From: an uncultured virus (IMG/VR IMGVR_UViG_3300045253_000007)
Taxonomy: Duplodnaviria; Heunggongvirae; Uroviricota; Caudoviricetes
Length of the DNA stretch: 64,000 bases
Reading direction: 5' to 3' (one strand)
IMG/VR virus record: IMGVR_UViG_3300045253_000007
Shown here piece after piece: positions 1 through 9,777 of the stretch. The first letter of the stretch is position 1. Every line of letters begins with the position of its first letter. The translations under genes were made by a program, and so were the position numbers. The notes beneath the pieces were generated by a model. It saw only the letters and a list, made by a program, of their open reading frames with translations, was not told where the DNA came from and searched no databases.

Positions 1-320
1 TCGATGACCTAAAGGGTTCTGTTCACGAGTCTTTGGAATCTTCCAAGGAAACTGTTCAGAAGGCTGTAGAGTCCGTCGAGGCTCGCGTCAAGGAAGTTAG
101 CGAAGCATTCGACACTAAGGCTTCTGAGTTGGAAAAGTCTTTGACTGAACTCAGCGAAAAGTTTGACAGCATTAGGACAGAGCGCGAGGAAGTAACCAAG
201 CGTCTAGAAGTTCTAGAAAAGTCCACTGCTATTAAGAAGTCCGGTGAGGTTGAGGCCGCACCGGAGACAAAGGTTCAGAAGGGAATTTGGGGAGGCGCAC
301 TTTTCTCTAGAGAAGACTAA
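1..320 (+). CDS. C-terminal part of scaffolding protein / prohead protease-scaffold fusion (5'-truncated)
   Basis: Frame open from window start; charged coiled-coil sequence ending GIWGGALF, directly upstream of the capsid gene. Confidence 0.7.
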   Translation, partial: DDLKGSVHESLESSKETVQKAVESVEARVKEVSEAFDTKASELEKSLTELSEKFDSIRTEREEVTKRLEVLEKSTAIKKSGEVEAAPETKVQKGIWGGALFSRED

Positions 321-383
321 TTCTCTAACCAATCCAATACTTTATATGAATAACATGATTTTCCAATACGAAACACACGTTTC

Positions 384-399
384 TTTCACAGGGGGTGAA
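384..399 (+). promoter_or_regulatory. RBS element TTTCACAGGGGGTGAA (capsid gene)
   Basis: SD-like GGGGGTG; identical 16-mer at 8985-9000. Confidence 0.75.
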
Positions 400-407
400 A
401 CAAAATA

Positions 408-1445
408 ATGAGCGATAATAGTCTAATCGAAAAGGTAGTCACTACCGTAGGAGTTGCCAATGGCAACACTCCGGGTCAGGGTGGTCTTACCTACGCACAG
501 GCAGACAAGTTCCTTGATTACGCTTTCGACGCAACAGTTCTAGGTTCCCTAGTACGAATCCGTCGTATGCGCGCAGTTGAGGAAGAAATCGACATCATTG
601 CAGTAGGTTCCCGACTAACCGTTGGTGCTACCGAAGCAGTTGATACCGGTGCCAACGTCGGCCCGACATTTGCGAAGTTGTCTATTACTACAAAGAAGTA
701 CCGTCTAGACTGGGAACTTTCCAGCGAATCCCTAGAGGATAATATCGAGGGTCAGGACCTAGAGGACCACATTGCACGCCTAATGGCTACGCAGTTGGGT
801 AACGACCTAGAGGACTTTGCAATCAACGGTGACACCAGTACCAGCATTCCGGGTATTGATGTACAGGATGGTTGGAGGAAGCGTGCTGTTGCAGGAGGTC
901 ACGTCGTTGACCACGCAGGTTCAACCCTTAACAGGACTGCATTCAACAACGCACTAAAGGCAATGCCACGTAAGTACATGGCAAAGCGCGCAGGTCTTAA
1001 GTTCTTCACGGGTACTAACGCAATTCAGGATTACATCTTCTCCTTGCAGCAGATGGAGAACGGATTCGTTAACCCTTACGACTTGGCACAGGCTGCACGT
1101 AACCAGCCAGTTCGTACAGAGGGACCAGCAGGCTTCATTACAGGTAATGCCTTCGGTGTTCCTGTACAGGAAGTTCCGCTATTCCTAGAGGACCGTGATG
1201 GTGATTACGATACTGACTCTGGCACTTCTGGTGTCCAGTTGCCAAGTACCAACATCAACCACACCGACCTTTGGTTGACATTCCCAGAGAACCTAATCTG
1301 GGGTGTTAAGCGAGACATCAAGATTTACCGCGAGTTCAAGAACAAGAAGGATACTATCGAGTACACAGTCTACACCCGTCAGGGAACGCAGATTGAGAAC
1401 CTTGATGCATTCGTTGTTGTCAAGAACGTCAAGATTTCTGCATAA
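408..1445 (+). CDS. major capsid protein (HK97-fold)
   Basis: 345 aa; ELSSESLEDNIEG...LGNDLEDFAINGD motif typical of phage MCPs; followed by a terminator. Confidence 0.9.
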   Translation: MSDNSLIEKVVTTVGVANGNTPGQGGLTYAQADKFLDYAFDATVLGSLVRIRRMRAVEEEIDIIAVGSRLTVGATEAVDTGANVGPTFAKLSITTKKYRLDWELSSESLEDNIEGQDLEDHIARLMATQLGNDLEDFAINGDTSTSIPGIDVQDGWRKRAVAGGHVVDHAGSTLNRTAFNNALKAMPRKYMAKRAGLKFFTGTNAIQDYIFSLQQMENGFVNPYDLAQAARNQPVRTEGPAGFITGNAFGVPVQEVPLFLEDRDGDYDTDSGTSGVQLPSTNINHTDLWLTFPENLIWGVKRDIKIYREFKNKKDTIEYTVYTRQGTQIENLDAFVVVKNVKISA

Positions 1446-1464
1446 GATATCTCAGGTTTATCAC

Positions 1465-1492
1465 GGACAGCCGCCCTTCGGGGCGGCTGTTC
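1465..1492 (+). terminator. intrinsic terminator hairpin
   Basis: GGACAGCCGCCC-TTCG-GGGCGGCTGTTC after the MCP stop; no U-tract. Confidence 0.8.
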
Positions 1493-1519
1493 GCATTATC
1501 AGACATGATATGCTATACT
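1491..1519 (+). promoter_or_regulatory. sigma70-type promoter
   Basis: TCGCAT-17-TATACT with extended -10 TG. Confidence 0.6.
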
Positions 1520-1544
1520 CCTAATATGTACACGACAGAAAGAA

Positions 1545-1994
1545 GTGCAAACAATGGATTTTAAGAGACTTAATGTTGATGAACTAAAGGACCTAGCAGA
1601 GTTCTATGTCATCGACGTAACGGCTGTCAATGAAGAGAAGCCGACAAAGAAGGAACTGCTTACAGCAATCGCAACGGCAGAAGACCCTATTACTGATGAG
1701 GATTACGAAGCATTCAAGGCTGACCGTGAAAAGCCGGTAGAGAATGTAGACCTCGATGAAGATTCTGTGGACGCTCAGGATGGTCCAGCAGAACCAGCAG
1801 TAGAGGTAGATAGAAGCAACTGGGTATTGGTCAAGTTTATTGGTAAGAATCCAAGACTTGATGTTCTAGGCTACACGTTCCTAGGCCGTCACCCGTTCCA
1901 GTCTGTCCCACCAGAGGTTGCTGAGCACCTTATCCTTCATCGTGAAGGTTTCCGCTTGGCTTTGCCCAGCGAACTAACTGACTACTACAACTAA
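1545..1994 (+). CDS. hypothetical head-region protein
   Basis: 149 aa, acidic; N-terminal helix-extension-helix-like motif (ELKDLA...TKKELL). Confidence 0.7.
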   Translation: MQTMDFKRLNVDELKDLAEFYVIDVTAVNEEKPTKKELLTAIATAEDPITDEDYEAFKADREKPVENVDLDEDSVDAQDGPAEPAVEVDRSNWVLVKFIGKNPRLDVLGYTFLGRHPFQSVPPEVAEHLILHREGFRLALPSELTDYYN

Positions 1995-1996
1995 TT

Positions 1997-2025
1997 TTGC
2001 AATATAACTGTTAAACGGCTATAAT
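1997..2025 (+). promoter_or_regulatory. sigma70-type promoter, leaderless ATG at 2032
   Basis: TTGCAA-17-TATAAT, 6 nt to ATG. Confidence 0.75.
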
Positions 2026-2031
2026 ACAAAT

Positions 2032-2490
2032 ATGACAACTAAGTACAAGTGGTATGAGGGAACTGACAAGACCATTCGTCTTAACTACAAAGAAGGTGCC
2101 GATGCGTCCACAGCGACCATCGTTGACCTTTCTAGTGGCTATTCCGTACGCATGGATTTAGTTATCCCCGGTACCAGAACTGTTGTCTATACTTTCAACT
2201 CTGCTAATATTGCAGATACAGACCCAATCACTACCGGCTCACAGCCAGACAACACCATAGAGGCAACTCTAAGCAATGGTTCGGGCGGTACTGGTAACAT
2301 AGTTATTGCTTTGGCAAGGTCTTTGGTCCTACCGGGTGGTGCAGTTTGGCTGGTTGCAAATGACCCAGTTAATCCCAACCCTGTGCTGGACTTTGATGTT
2401 ATTCTAAGAAATACTAATACTGACAAGCAGGGAGACCCCATTCACTCTGGAACTATTCAGGTGGTGAACAACAACACACTATGGGCGTAA
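2032..2490 (+). CDS. putative virion structural protein
   Basis: 152 aa beta-rich ORF in the structural module. Confidence 0.65.
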   Translation: MTTKYKWYEGTDKTIRLNYKEGADASTATIVDLSSGYSVRMDLVIPGTRTVVYTFNSANIADTDPITTGSQPDNTIEATLSNGSGGTGNIVIALARSLVLPGGAVWLVANDPVNPNPVLDFDVILRNTNTDKQGDPIHSGTIQVVNNNTLWA

Positions 2491-2711
2491 TTGTTGTAGA
2501 AGAGATTGAAGACGACTTTGTTGTAGGTTCTACGACAAGCAGCGCAACGGTAACAGAAGTTATTGGTACTAATGACTCGGTAGTAGATATTACCAAGTCG
2601 GTAGAAGTTGTGGAAGTTGTCCGCCCCGGAGGTACCGTAACTAATGTTCTGTGGGGTTACGGATTCCCTAACAATCCCACAGAAGGTATGATTTGGATTG
2701 ATGTGTCATGA
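2481..2711 (+). CDS. small putative virion protein
   Basis: 76 aa; C-terminal P-x-x-P-x-x-G-x-I-W-I-D motif common in fibre proteins. Confidence 0.6.
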   Translation: MGVIVVEEIEDDFVVGSTTSSATVTEVIGTNDSVVDITKSVEVVEVVRPGGTVTNVLWGYGFPNNPTEGMIWIDVS

Positions 2712-2908
2712 CAGAAAATAATGTAGAGTTGGCTCAGGCGCGCGTTAGCGTTTCAGGAGTCTTAGAGAAGTTTGACGGAGAGGGAACCAACCCCACTAAC
2801 CTAGTAGAAAGAATTCATATCGTAGATGATGAAATTGTCAAGGTTGAATTCTTCGACGCCGGTATAAAGACCGGTGAACAAATTGTTGAAGAAGGAGGTA
2901 CAATTTAA
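2708..2908 (+). CDS. hypothetical protein
   Basis: 66 aa, ATGA and TAATG coupling to neighbours. Confidence 0.6.
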   Translation: MTENNVELAQARVSVSGVLEKFDGEGTNPTNLVERIHIVDDEIVKVEFFDAGIKTGEQIVEEGGTI

Positions 2909-3288
2909 TGGCAATAACAGACGCAGGTAGAAATCACCTAGTACAGTCTGCTATCGGTGCCGGTGTTACCGCATTCAACAATGCTAACAGTTACATTGGC
3001 GTTGGAGATTCCACCACCGCTTATGCCGCAGGTCAGACAGACCTACAGGCATCAACTAACAAGTTGCGTAAGGCGATGGACGCGACCTATCCATCTGGTG
3101 GTTCTAACGTTATCACGTTCAGGTCCACCTTTGGTACATCTGACGCAAACTATGCTTGGCAGGAGTGGGGTTGCTTTAACGCTTCTTCCGCTGGTACAAT
3201 GCTTAACCGCAAGGTAGAGTCTTTGGGAACAAAGACTTCTGCACAGACTTGGCAGTTCACCGTAGTTTTGACATTTACTACCGCCTAA
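2908..3288 (+). CDS. putative minor structural (fibre-base) protein
   Basis: IGVGDST...ANYAWQEWGCFN...MLNRKV pattern seen in phage structural proteins; SD GGAGG. Confidence 0.7.
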   Translation: MAITDAGRNHLVQSAIGAGVTAFNNANSYIGVGDSTTAYAAGQTDLQASTNKLRKAMDATYPSGGSNVITFRSTFGTSDANYAWQEWGCFNASSAGTMLNRKVESLGTKTSAQTWQFTVVLTFTTA

Positions 3289-3331
3289 GGTACAATGTGA
3301 ATATCTTTTAGTTAAGGTAGGAGAATTTTCT

Positions 3332-3380
3332 AACCGCCATACGAGAGCCCTATTGGGTTACTCGTATGGCGGTTTTCTTT
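3332..3380 (+). terminator. long-stem intrinsic terminator
   Basis: AACCGCCATACGAG...CTCGTATGGCGGTT followed by TTCTTT. Confidence 0.75.
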
Positions 3381-3410
3381 ATGTCAAATCAAATGGACGG
3401 AGGTAATTAA

Positions 3411-6170
3411 ATGGCAATAGCATGGGTTGAAACTAAGAAGACGGCATCAAGCGTAAGTGGTTCCGTCGTTGCAACCAACCCTACAGTCGTAGCCGGTGAT
3501 GTTTGGATTGCTCTATACGCTGTAAACGTTGGTTCAACTCTTACAGCACCATCAGGATGGACAACACCTTCCGGCGCAACCGCGACCACTCAGGGTGCAA
3601 TATTCATCAAGGTTGTTACCGGTTCAGAAGGTGCCACATCAACATTCAATTCAAGTAACACTCTTGCCAACAACGATGTAACCATTTCACGTTATAGTGG
3701 TGTTGACAATACAACTCCTGTTCCGACCAACGGAGCAAGTCTTACACAAGACGCTTCTGGAACTTCCCACATTGCTGCTACCGCAACGTCAGCGAATGCT
3801 GGTTCCATGCTTTACACAGGTATAATTCTTATTACTTCTACTAGCGCATTAACCATTCCAAGTGGAATGACCAGTCGTCACAACGACTCCACGACATTCT
3901 CATCTGGTGTTGCAGACTTGGGTATCGGCTCTGGTTCAACTGGAACAAAGACTTGGACCGCTGCCGGTAGTAGCCCATCACTACAGGCTCTTGTTGTACT
4001 TAATCCGGTAGCACCTACCGCTAAGTCTGGAACTGAATCACCAGCCGTAACCATCACAGAAGGAACCTCAACGGTCGCCGGTAGTTCAACATCTACCGAT
4101 ACCGCAGCAGTCACTATTGCAGAATCCAGCGCGGTACAGAAGGGCTTCTCATCTGCCGGTGAATCATGTGCTGTAACAATCAGTGAATCATCTAGTGTGT
4201 TCATAACATCTAGCACCACAGATACCGCTGCAGTTACCATTTCAGAAGCGTCCTCACCAGCACTTAGCACATCAACTACAGACGCAGCCGCAGTTACCAT
4301 CAGCGAAAGCGACAGCACAACGGCATCCTTTGGTACAACTGATACCGGCGCTATCACCATTGTTGAAACTGACTATTACGACAACTTCATGTCTACCACC
4401 GACACAGCGGCGGTAACGATATCAGAATCATCATCTGTTGCAATAACTAATAACATTTCAGCATCCGATGCCACAGCAATCACCGTAGCAGACATTAGCA
4501 CACTTAATGGTTCATCCACATCTACAGATACCGGCGCGGTAACGATTGTAGAAACAGATAGCACAACCAACTCCTTTGCATCTACTGACACAACTGCCAT
4601 AACTATTTCAGATGCATCAAGTATGTACCAACAAGATTCTACATCTGATGCGGGAGCAATTACTATCAGTGAAATTAGTTCTATTGTTGTTTACAATACG
4701 ACAGGCACTTCCGATGCGGCTGCCATAACTGCCAGCGAGTCTTCTTCTGTGTCTGGCACCGTTTCAACAACAGAGTCTTGTGCGATTACTATTACAGAAT
4801 CAAATGATATTCTAAATACATTTGGTAGCACCGATTCAGCAGCGGTAACCATTTCAGAACAAACTTTGATAGTTGTTACCATTATGACCAGTGATGTTGC
4901 GGCGGTAAGCGTTGCAGATTCTAGCAGCCTGTCCATCTTCAATGACCTAGTTACATCTGATACGTCAGCAGTAAGTGTTGACGACCAAAGAACTATTGAT
5001 GCATTCTCATCCACCACCGATACAACGGCCATTACGGTAACAGAATCCTCATCTGTTCTAGTTTCATTTGGAAGTGTTGATTCTACAGCGGTTACGGCAA
5101 GTGAGTCTGACGGTATAGCAGTTTCATCATCTACAACAGACTCTACGTCCATTTCCGTAGATGATTCATCTAGTGTGGCGATTGTTATTGCAAACAGCAC
5201 AACGGATACCAGCGCGGTAGCAATTAGTGAATCGTCTCAGATTGATATAGGTCAAAACTCTACTGATACCGGCTCCATAACTATAAATGAGACATCTTCC
5301 ATCTTTGTGGTATCATCAACGTCCGATACTGGTGCTGTAACAGTCACAGAAGTGTCCTCAGCGTTCGCTGACGTTAATACCACAGACGCAGCGGCTATCA
5401 CTGCAGACGATGCCTCATCTATTTCCACAGAGTCATTTATTCCGGGTGGAGACGGCGCAGCCGTCATCATATCAGAAACGTCTGGTGTTTCCGCTGCTCA
5501 GGGTACGACAGATACCGGAAGCGTCTCAATTGCTGAAACAAGTCAGGTTGATATCAACCCTGCCGGTAATGATACGCCTTCTATTGCTGTATCTGAAACA
5601 AGTTCTATTTCTGGTACCGCAAACACTACAGACACAGGTTCTATCAGTATTAATGAGACGAGTGCAATTTATGAAAATAGAACTGTTGTCACATCAGACA
5701 ACGCTTCGGTCTCCATTAGCGAAGCGTCTACTGTTTTGAGAATGTTTGCTTCAACCGATACCGGAGCGGTCGGTATTGATGACCAGACCGCGCAGTCTAT
5801 CCTGTTCGCAACAGCGGATTCATCAGCACTTACTATATCAGAATCATCCTCAATTCTTGTCACTATTAATGCCATTGATAATATTCAAACGTCTATTTCA
5901 GAGAGTCGTACATTATTCCTACAAATTGGTAGAACAGATTCAGCATCTCTAGGTGTCAACGAAACAAGTGTAATTAGTCAGGCCGTCGCGGTAGTAGATT
6001 CAGGTTCTATCACAGTAACAGAAACGTCATCAGTCAATAGATACAACTCTGGACCTAGAGTATTTGTTTACACTAATGGTGACTTCCGCATTGGTAGTAT
6101 GTACATTTATTTGAATGGACAGTGGAAGTCTGTAGCGCCCAAGCACGGTCAGAATGGAGTGTGGTCATAA
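3411..6170 (+). CDS. Ser/Thr-rich repetitive fibre or decoration protein
   Basis: 919 aa; about 30 degenerate 20-22 aa repeats (TDTAAVTISESSSV); SD GGAGG. Confidence 0.8.
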   Translation: MAIAWVETKKTASSVSGSVVATNPTVVAGDVWIALYAVNVGSTLTAPSGWTTPSGATATTQGAIFIKVVTGSEGATSTFNSSNTLANNDVTISRYSGVDNTTPVPTNGASLTQDASGTSHIAATATSANAGSMLYTGIILITSTSALTIPSGMTSRHNDSTTFSSGVADLGIGSGSTGTKTWTAAGSSPSLQALVVLNPVAPTAKSGTESPAVTITEGTSTVAGSSTSTDTAAVTIAESSAVQKGFSSAGESCAVTISESSSVFITSSTTDTAAVTISEASSPALSTSTTDAAAVTISESDSTTASFGTTDTGAITIVETDYYDNFMSTTDTAAVTISESSSVAITNNISASDATAITVADISTLNGSSTSTDTGAVTIVETDSTTNSFASTDTTAITISDASSMYQQDSTSDAGAITISEISSIVVYNTTGTSDAAAITASESSSVSGTVSTTESCAITITESNDILNTFGSTDSAAVTISEQTLIVVTIMTSDVAAVSVADSSSLSIFNDLVTSDTSAVSVDDQRTIDAFSSTTDTTAITVTESSSVLVSFGSVDSTAVTASESDGIAVSSSTTDSTSISVDDSSSVAIVIANSTTDTSAVAISESSQIDIGQNSTDTGSITINETSSIFVVSSTSDTGAVTVTEVSSAFADVNTTDAAAITADDASSISTESFIPGGDGAAVIISETSGVSAAQGTTDTGSVSIAETSQVDINPAGNDTPSIAVSETSSISGTANTTDTGSISINETSAIYENRTVVTSDNASVSISEASTVLRMFASTDTGAVGIDDQTAQSILFATADSSALTISESSSILVTINAIDNIQTSISESRTLFLQIGRTDSASLGVNETSVISQAVAVVDSGSITVTETSSVNRYNSGPRVFVYTNGDFRIGSMYIYLNGQWKSVAPKHGQNGVWS

Positions 6171-6206
6171 TTCGGCTTGATAACCGAATTATGCTACAAT
6201 GTTGAT

Positions 6207-7130
6207 ATGGAACTTTATGTAAAGACAGTAAATACGGTTACATTTGACCTGCCCACCGACGACACAATCGTCACTGGTGCAAGTTACAGTCTTAACGGTG
6301 GGCCGTCCAAGAGCCTAGTGGTAGACGGCAATGCCGTCACTCTGCCATACTTCCAAACAGAAGGCGACCTTGCTGTCAAGTGGAATATTATCATTCCCGG
6401 TAGCGGTCCTTTTGTAGAGATACAAGACTACTCCCTTGTAACTCCATATCTATCCAAGGCACAGATTAAGAAAATATGGCCGGAAGCAACAGACGAAGAT
6501 GTCGTAGACATCGAAACTATGGTTAGACGAGTTATCAATGCTCATACCGGACAGTCCTTTGGACACAGCGTCAAGGCCGTGACTGTTGAAGGTCATGGTG
6601 AACTTATGCTTAAACTTCCGCAGAGACTAATTGCACTTAATGGACTTTCTACACTTACACAGGTTATTGACCCAAACTGTGCAATCATTGTTTCTGATGG
6701 TTGGTACCTAAAGAAGAACTGGGGCAGTGTTCTGAGCACCATGACAAATCCTAGCCTTTACTGGTCTGGATTCTGGGCTATCAACAATGCTGAACCAAAC
6801 GAGCCGGGGTATGAACAGGCTAGCCATGGTGAAGTTATCGAGGCTCCATCTACACTTCCTAAGCCAACAGAATGGAAGGATGATTACCCGTTCACTATTG
6901 CTGGCGAATGGGGATACAAGTCTGTGCCAGAAGATGTAAAGGCAGCAGCCGCTTTGCTAGTCAATGAATACGCTTGTGGCGAGGTCGGATACCGCGACAA
7001 GTACCTAAAGGCTATGAAGGCAGCAGATTGGGATATTGATTTCAGTAGCCGTTCTTGGGAAGCCACCGGAAATGTCAGGGCAGACCAGTTGCTATCCGAC
7101 TTTGTAATTTTTGACTGGGCGTTGATTTAA
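6207..7130 (+). CDS. head-to-tail adaptor
   Basis: GEWGYKSVPEDVKAAAALL motif; start moved to the leaderless ATG 6 nt after TACAAT. Confidence 0.75.
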   Translation: MELYVKTVNTVTFDLPTDDTIVTGASYSLNGGPSKSLVVDGNAVTLPYFQTEGDLAVKWNIIIPGSGPFVEIQDYSLVTPYLSKAQIKKIWPEATDEDVVDIETMVRRVINAHTGQSFGHSVKAVTVEGHGELMLKLPQRLIALNGLSTLTQVIDPNCAIIVSDGWYLKKNWGSVLSTMTNPSLYWSGFWAINNAEPNEPGYEQASHGEVIEAPSTLPKPTEWKDDYPFTIAGEWGYKSVPEDVKAAAALLVNEYACGEVGYRDKYLKAMKAADWDIDFSSRSWEATGNVRADQLLSDFVIFDWALI

Positions 7131-7651
7131 TGGTTACCTGCCTAACAAGTATTAGATTCAACATGAAGGCAGACATTCTTAGACAGGGATATGTCGCTGG
7201 ACCTGATTTCGACGTAACAGACACGGTAGGTGAGTGGGTCAATCAGCAGCATCCAGACTCAGGTGAAATTATACGTAAGTGGCAACCTAATACCCTAGAC
7301 AATCCAGCAACACCTAATATAAACGAAGCCGCAATCTTGGAGAGTTTTAGATGTATTGCTCGTGGTATTGTTACACCCGGTATTCGCGGTGCGGGTACAA
7401 CAGAGCACTTTGGCGCTCTGTACCAAGACATCGACTATGTAAGGATGACATTTCCGGCCTCTGTGAATATCAGCAAGAGAGACCGCATCACCAACATCAG
7501 AGACCACAGAGGTAATGTTATTTGGAAGGAAGAAGAACAGCCAGACCAACCTCCAACAATTTTTAATGTTATGGGTGTTGTTCCAATCATGGACCCATTC
7601 GGTAAGAACATTGAATCATACTGCTTGTTGGAGAGAGCGGAGCGTCAGTAA
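7130..7651 (+). CDS. head-to-tail stopper (putative)
   Basis: Position after the adaptor; RDRITNIRD motif. Confidence 0.6.
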   Translation: MVTCLTSIRFNMKADILRQGYVAGPDFDVTDTVGEWVNQQHPDSGEIIRKWQPNTLDNPATPNINEAAILESFRCIARGIVTPGIRGAGTTEHFGALYQDIDYVRMTFPASVNISKRDRITNIRDHRGNVIWKEEEQPDQPPTIFNVMGVVPIMDPFGKNIESYCLLERAERQ

Positions 7652-8406
7652 TGTTTGCGATGCAGGCAGACCTATCAAATATTGATAAATTCGTTGGTTC
7701 CGTTGACGGAATCATCACTGCTATCGACTCTCAGCAGTACAAGGGTAACTTCCTTACCGCCATGATTGACGGTATTCAAAGAAAGTTCATGGCAGACTCC
7801 ATTGCTAACAGGAACAATATCAAGCACGTTTTTGAGTGGCCTGATTCTGCTGGTGGCTCAGTTCCACTAGAGCCATTATTCAAGTTGACAAGAGAAGGTC
7901 GTGGCGACACTAGAGTTGTATCTTATGAGTTCTTACCTTCACACAAGTTTGTTCCACTACCGAGCGTACGGTACGGTATCAGTCAAGAGATTTTGTCTAA
8001 GTTGAGTAGACACAGGTTTGAGATGAAGGCTCTGATAATGGAGACGATGGACGTGGTAACCATAGCACCACATCACAATCTTTTATTTATTCCAGACGAA
8101 TCAAATCCAAGAGGATACTACATGACAAGAAACCCACAGCAGATTAATCCGGGCGGTAGTTCTACAGGTAAGTTCTCTGAATGGTTCCTTACTTGGATGG
8201 AGTCTCGTGCTCCTGAGTATGCTAAGGCTTTGGCTAAAAAGCAAGAGGAAGTTATAGCCTCTACTGGACAGAGAGTTATTAGGGATTCAGCCGGTAGGTT
8301 CGCAACCGGTACTGCTAAGTCCTTTGGATATAGAGCACAATCAGCAACAGAAGCAGAAGCAGCAATGATGTCAGCAGGAAAGGCAGATAGTATTTATGAC
8401 GTATAA
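7651..8406 (+). CDS. neck / tail completion protein (putative)
   Basis: 251 aa; synteny. Confidence 0.5.
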   Translation: MFAMQADLSNIDKFVGSVDGIITAIDSQQYKGNFLTAMIDGIQRKFMADSIANRNNIKHVFEWPDSAGGSVPLEPLFKLTREGRGDTRVVSYEFLPSHKFVPLPSVRYGISQEILSKLSRHRFEMKALIMETMDVVTIAPHHNLLFIPDESNPRGYYMTRNPQQINPGGSSTGKFSEWFLTWMESRAPEYAKALAKKQEEVIASTGQRVIRDSAGRFATGTAKSFGYRAQSATEAEAAMMSAGKADSIYDV

Positions 8407-8908
8407 TGACTTAGATTACAGCGGCGTGTACGCTCTAAATTCCTATGTCTGGAAGTTGTTGGAGGCCAACCTAGGTTGGCGAGCCAGTGATTATCAGAAC
8501 GGTATTCCTATTCTACCGACAGACCAGCAGCCGGAACTTATGCAGCAGAGCAAGTCCTTTTTGGTTTACGGCGCTGCGACTCAACCTGCTCAATTCCTAT
8601 ATGCTCTGAGAACAGACTCTATTTCATATACAGTTTATGCTGTAACGGCTACCGAGGCGAACGCGGTACTGAGTCTTCTGATAGATGCTTTTGAGCGTCA
8701 AGATGAGGCAGCAGCCGATGTAAACAACCATACAGATGCCGACCCACGTAATAGGAAAGTTTCCTTCGGAAGCGTCGGTATGAAAATGGCCCAGCACGCG
8801 CTCTCAACAGACGATGAAGGTGGTTACGTCAAGGCGTACATTCTCCTTGAAGCCAAGTACACCGCGACGAATGACACCGCTGTATTTAGCGGCTTTACCT
8901 ACCCATAA
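8396..8908 (+). CDS. tail terminator protein (putative)
   Basis: 170 aa immediately before the major tail gene. Confidence 0.55.
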   Translation: MTYNDLDYSGVYALNSYVWKLLEANLGWRASDYQNGIPILPTDQQPELMQQSKSFLVYGAATQPAQFLYALRTDSISYTVYAVTATEANAVLSLLIDAFERQDEAAADVNNHTDADPRNRKVSFGSVGMKMAQHALSTDDEGGYVKAYILLEAKYTATNDTAVFSGFTYP

Positions 8909-8910
8909 TT

Positions 8911-8939
8911 TTGCATTATGAAGTTTATAGTGATACTAT
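8911..8939 (+). promoter_or_regulatory. sigma70-type promoter of the major tail gene
   Basis: TTGCAT-17-TACTAT with TG extension. Confidence 0.65.
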
Positions 8940-9008
8940 CATTTTGAGGAAGTGCAAAACAAATCTTACCCATTTACTTGGGAATTTCACAGGGGGTGAA
9001 TAAATAAT

Positions 9009-9662
9009 ATGTCAAACACACCAGCAAACAACAAGCAGAACATCCTTATCGGTGCAGCATCTTTGTACATTGGTAACGTTTCCGGTATTCTAAAGCCAGC
9101 CTTTGCTACCGCATCATATAACACTACACTTGCGAGTGTTGCATGGGACCCTAACTCTACTGACCAGACATCACCAGCATGCTGGAATAACGTCGGTTAC
9201 ACGATGAACGGTGTTACCGTTGATTACACGCCTACTTACACTGATGTTCCTGTTGACCAGTTGCTTGACGCAGCGGTAATCTTCAAGCAGGATATGAAGA
9301 TTGCTGTTAAGACTGAACTTGCCGAGGCTACCCTATACAATCTAATGATTTCTTGGGGTCAGACTGCTTCCACATTGACATCTGACGCTTCAACCGCACA
9401 GATTGTCGTAGATGGTGGCTCCTTGGGACAGGCTCCGGTCGAGCGTTCTTTGATTATCGTTGGTAACGGTAACTATGGTCGCCTAGCGACTGATTCTGCT
9501 TACTCCGAGCGAGTATACCAGAAGTACCGCGTTCTAAACGTTGACCCGTCAACGCACGTTCTACAGAGGAATGCTCCTACTGGAATTCCAGTATCATTCC
9601 GTGCGCTTCCGGCTTCTGATGGTACCTACGGTACTATCAAGGACCGCAAGAAGACTTGGTAA
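9009..9662 (+). CDS. major tail (tube) protein
   Basis: VGYTMNGV...VDQL...TELAEATLYNL pattern; followed by terminator and chaperone genes. Confidence 0.85.
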   Translation: MSNTPANNKQNILIGAASLYIGNVSGILKPAFATASYNTTLASVAWDPNSTDQTSPACWNNVGYTMNGVTVDYTPTYTDVPVDQLLDAAVIFKQDMKIAVKTELAEATLYNLMISWGQTASTLTSDASTAQIVVDGGSLGQAPVERSLIIVGNGNYGRLATDSAYSERVYQKYRVLNVDPSTHVLQRNAPTGIPVSFRALPASDGTYGTIKDRKKTW

Positions 9663-9684
9663 TCTCCTGAGAACATTCAAAAGG

Positions 9685-9713
9685 CTCCCGGTACTATGTA
9701 CCGGGAGTTTTTT
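9685..9713 (+). terminator. intrinsic terminator
   Basis: CTCCCGGTAC-TAT-GTACCGGGAG followed by TTTTTT. Confidence 0.85.
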
Positions 9714-9723
9714 GCATCTAAAG

Positions 9724-9752
9724 TTGCACGATAAGGATATAGACGATATACT
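9724..9752 (+). promoter_or_regulatory. sigma70-type promoter
   Basis: TTGCAC-17-TATACT. Confidence 0.6.
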
Positions 9753-9777
9753 ACTATCATGACAACAAGGAGTTTTA

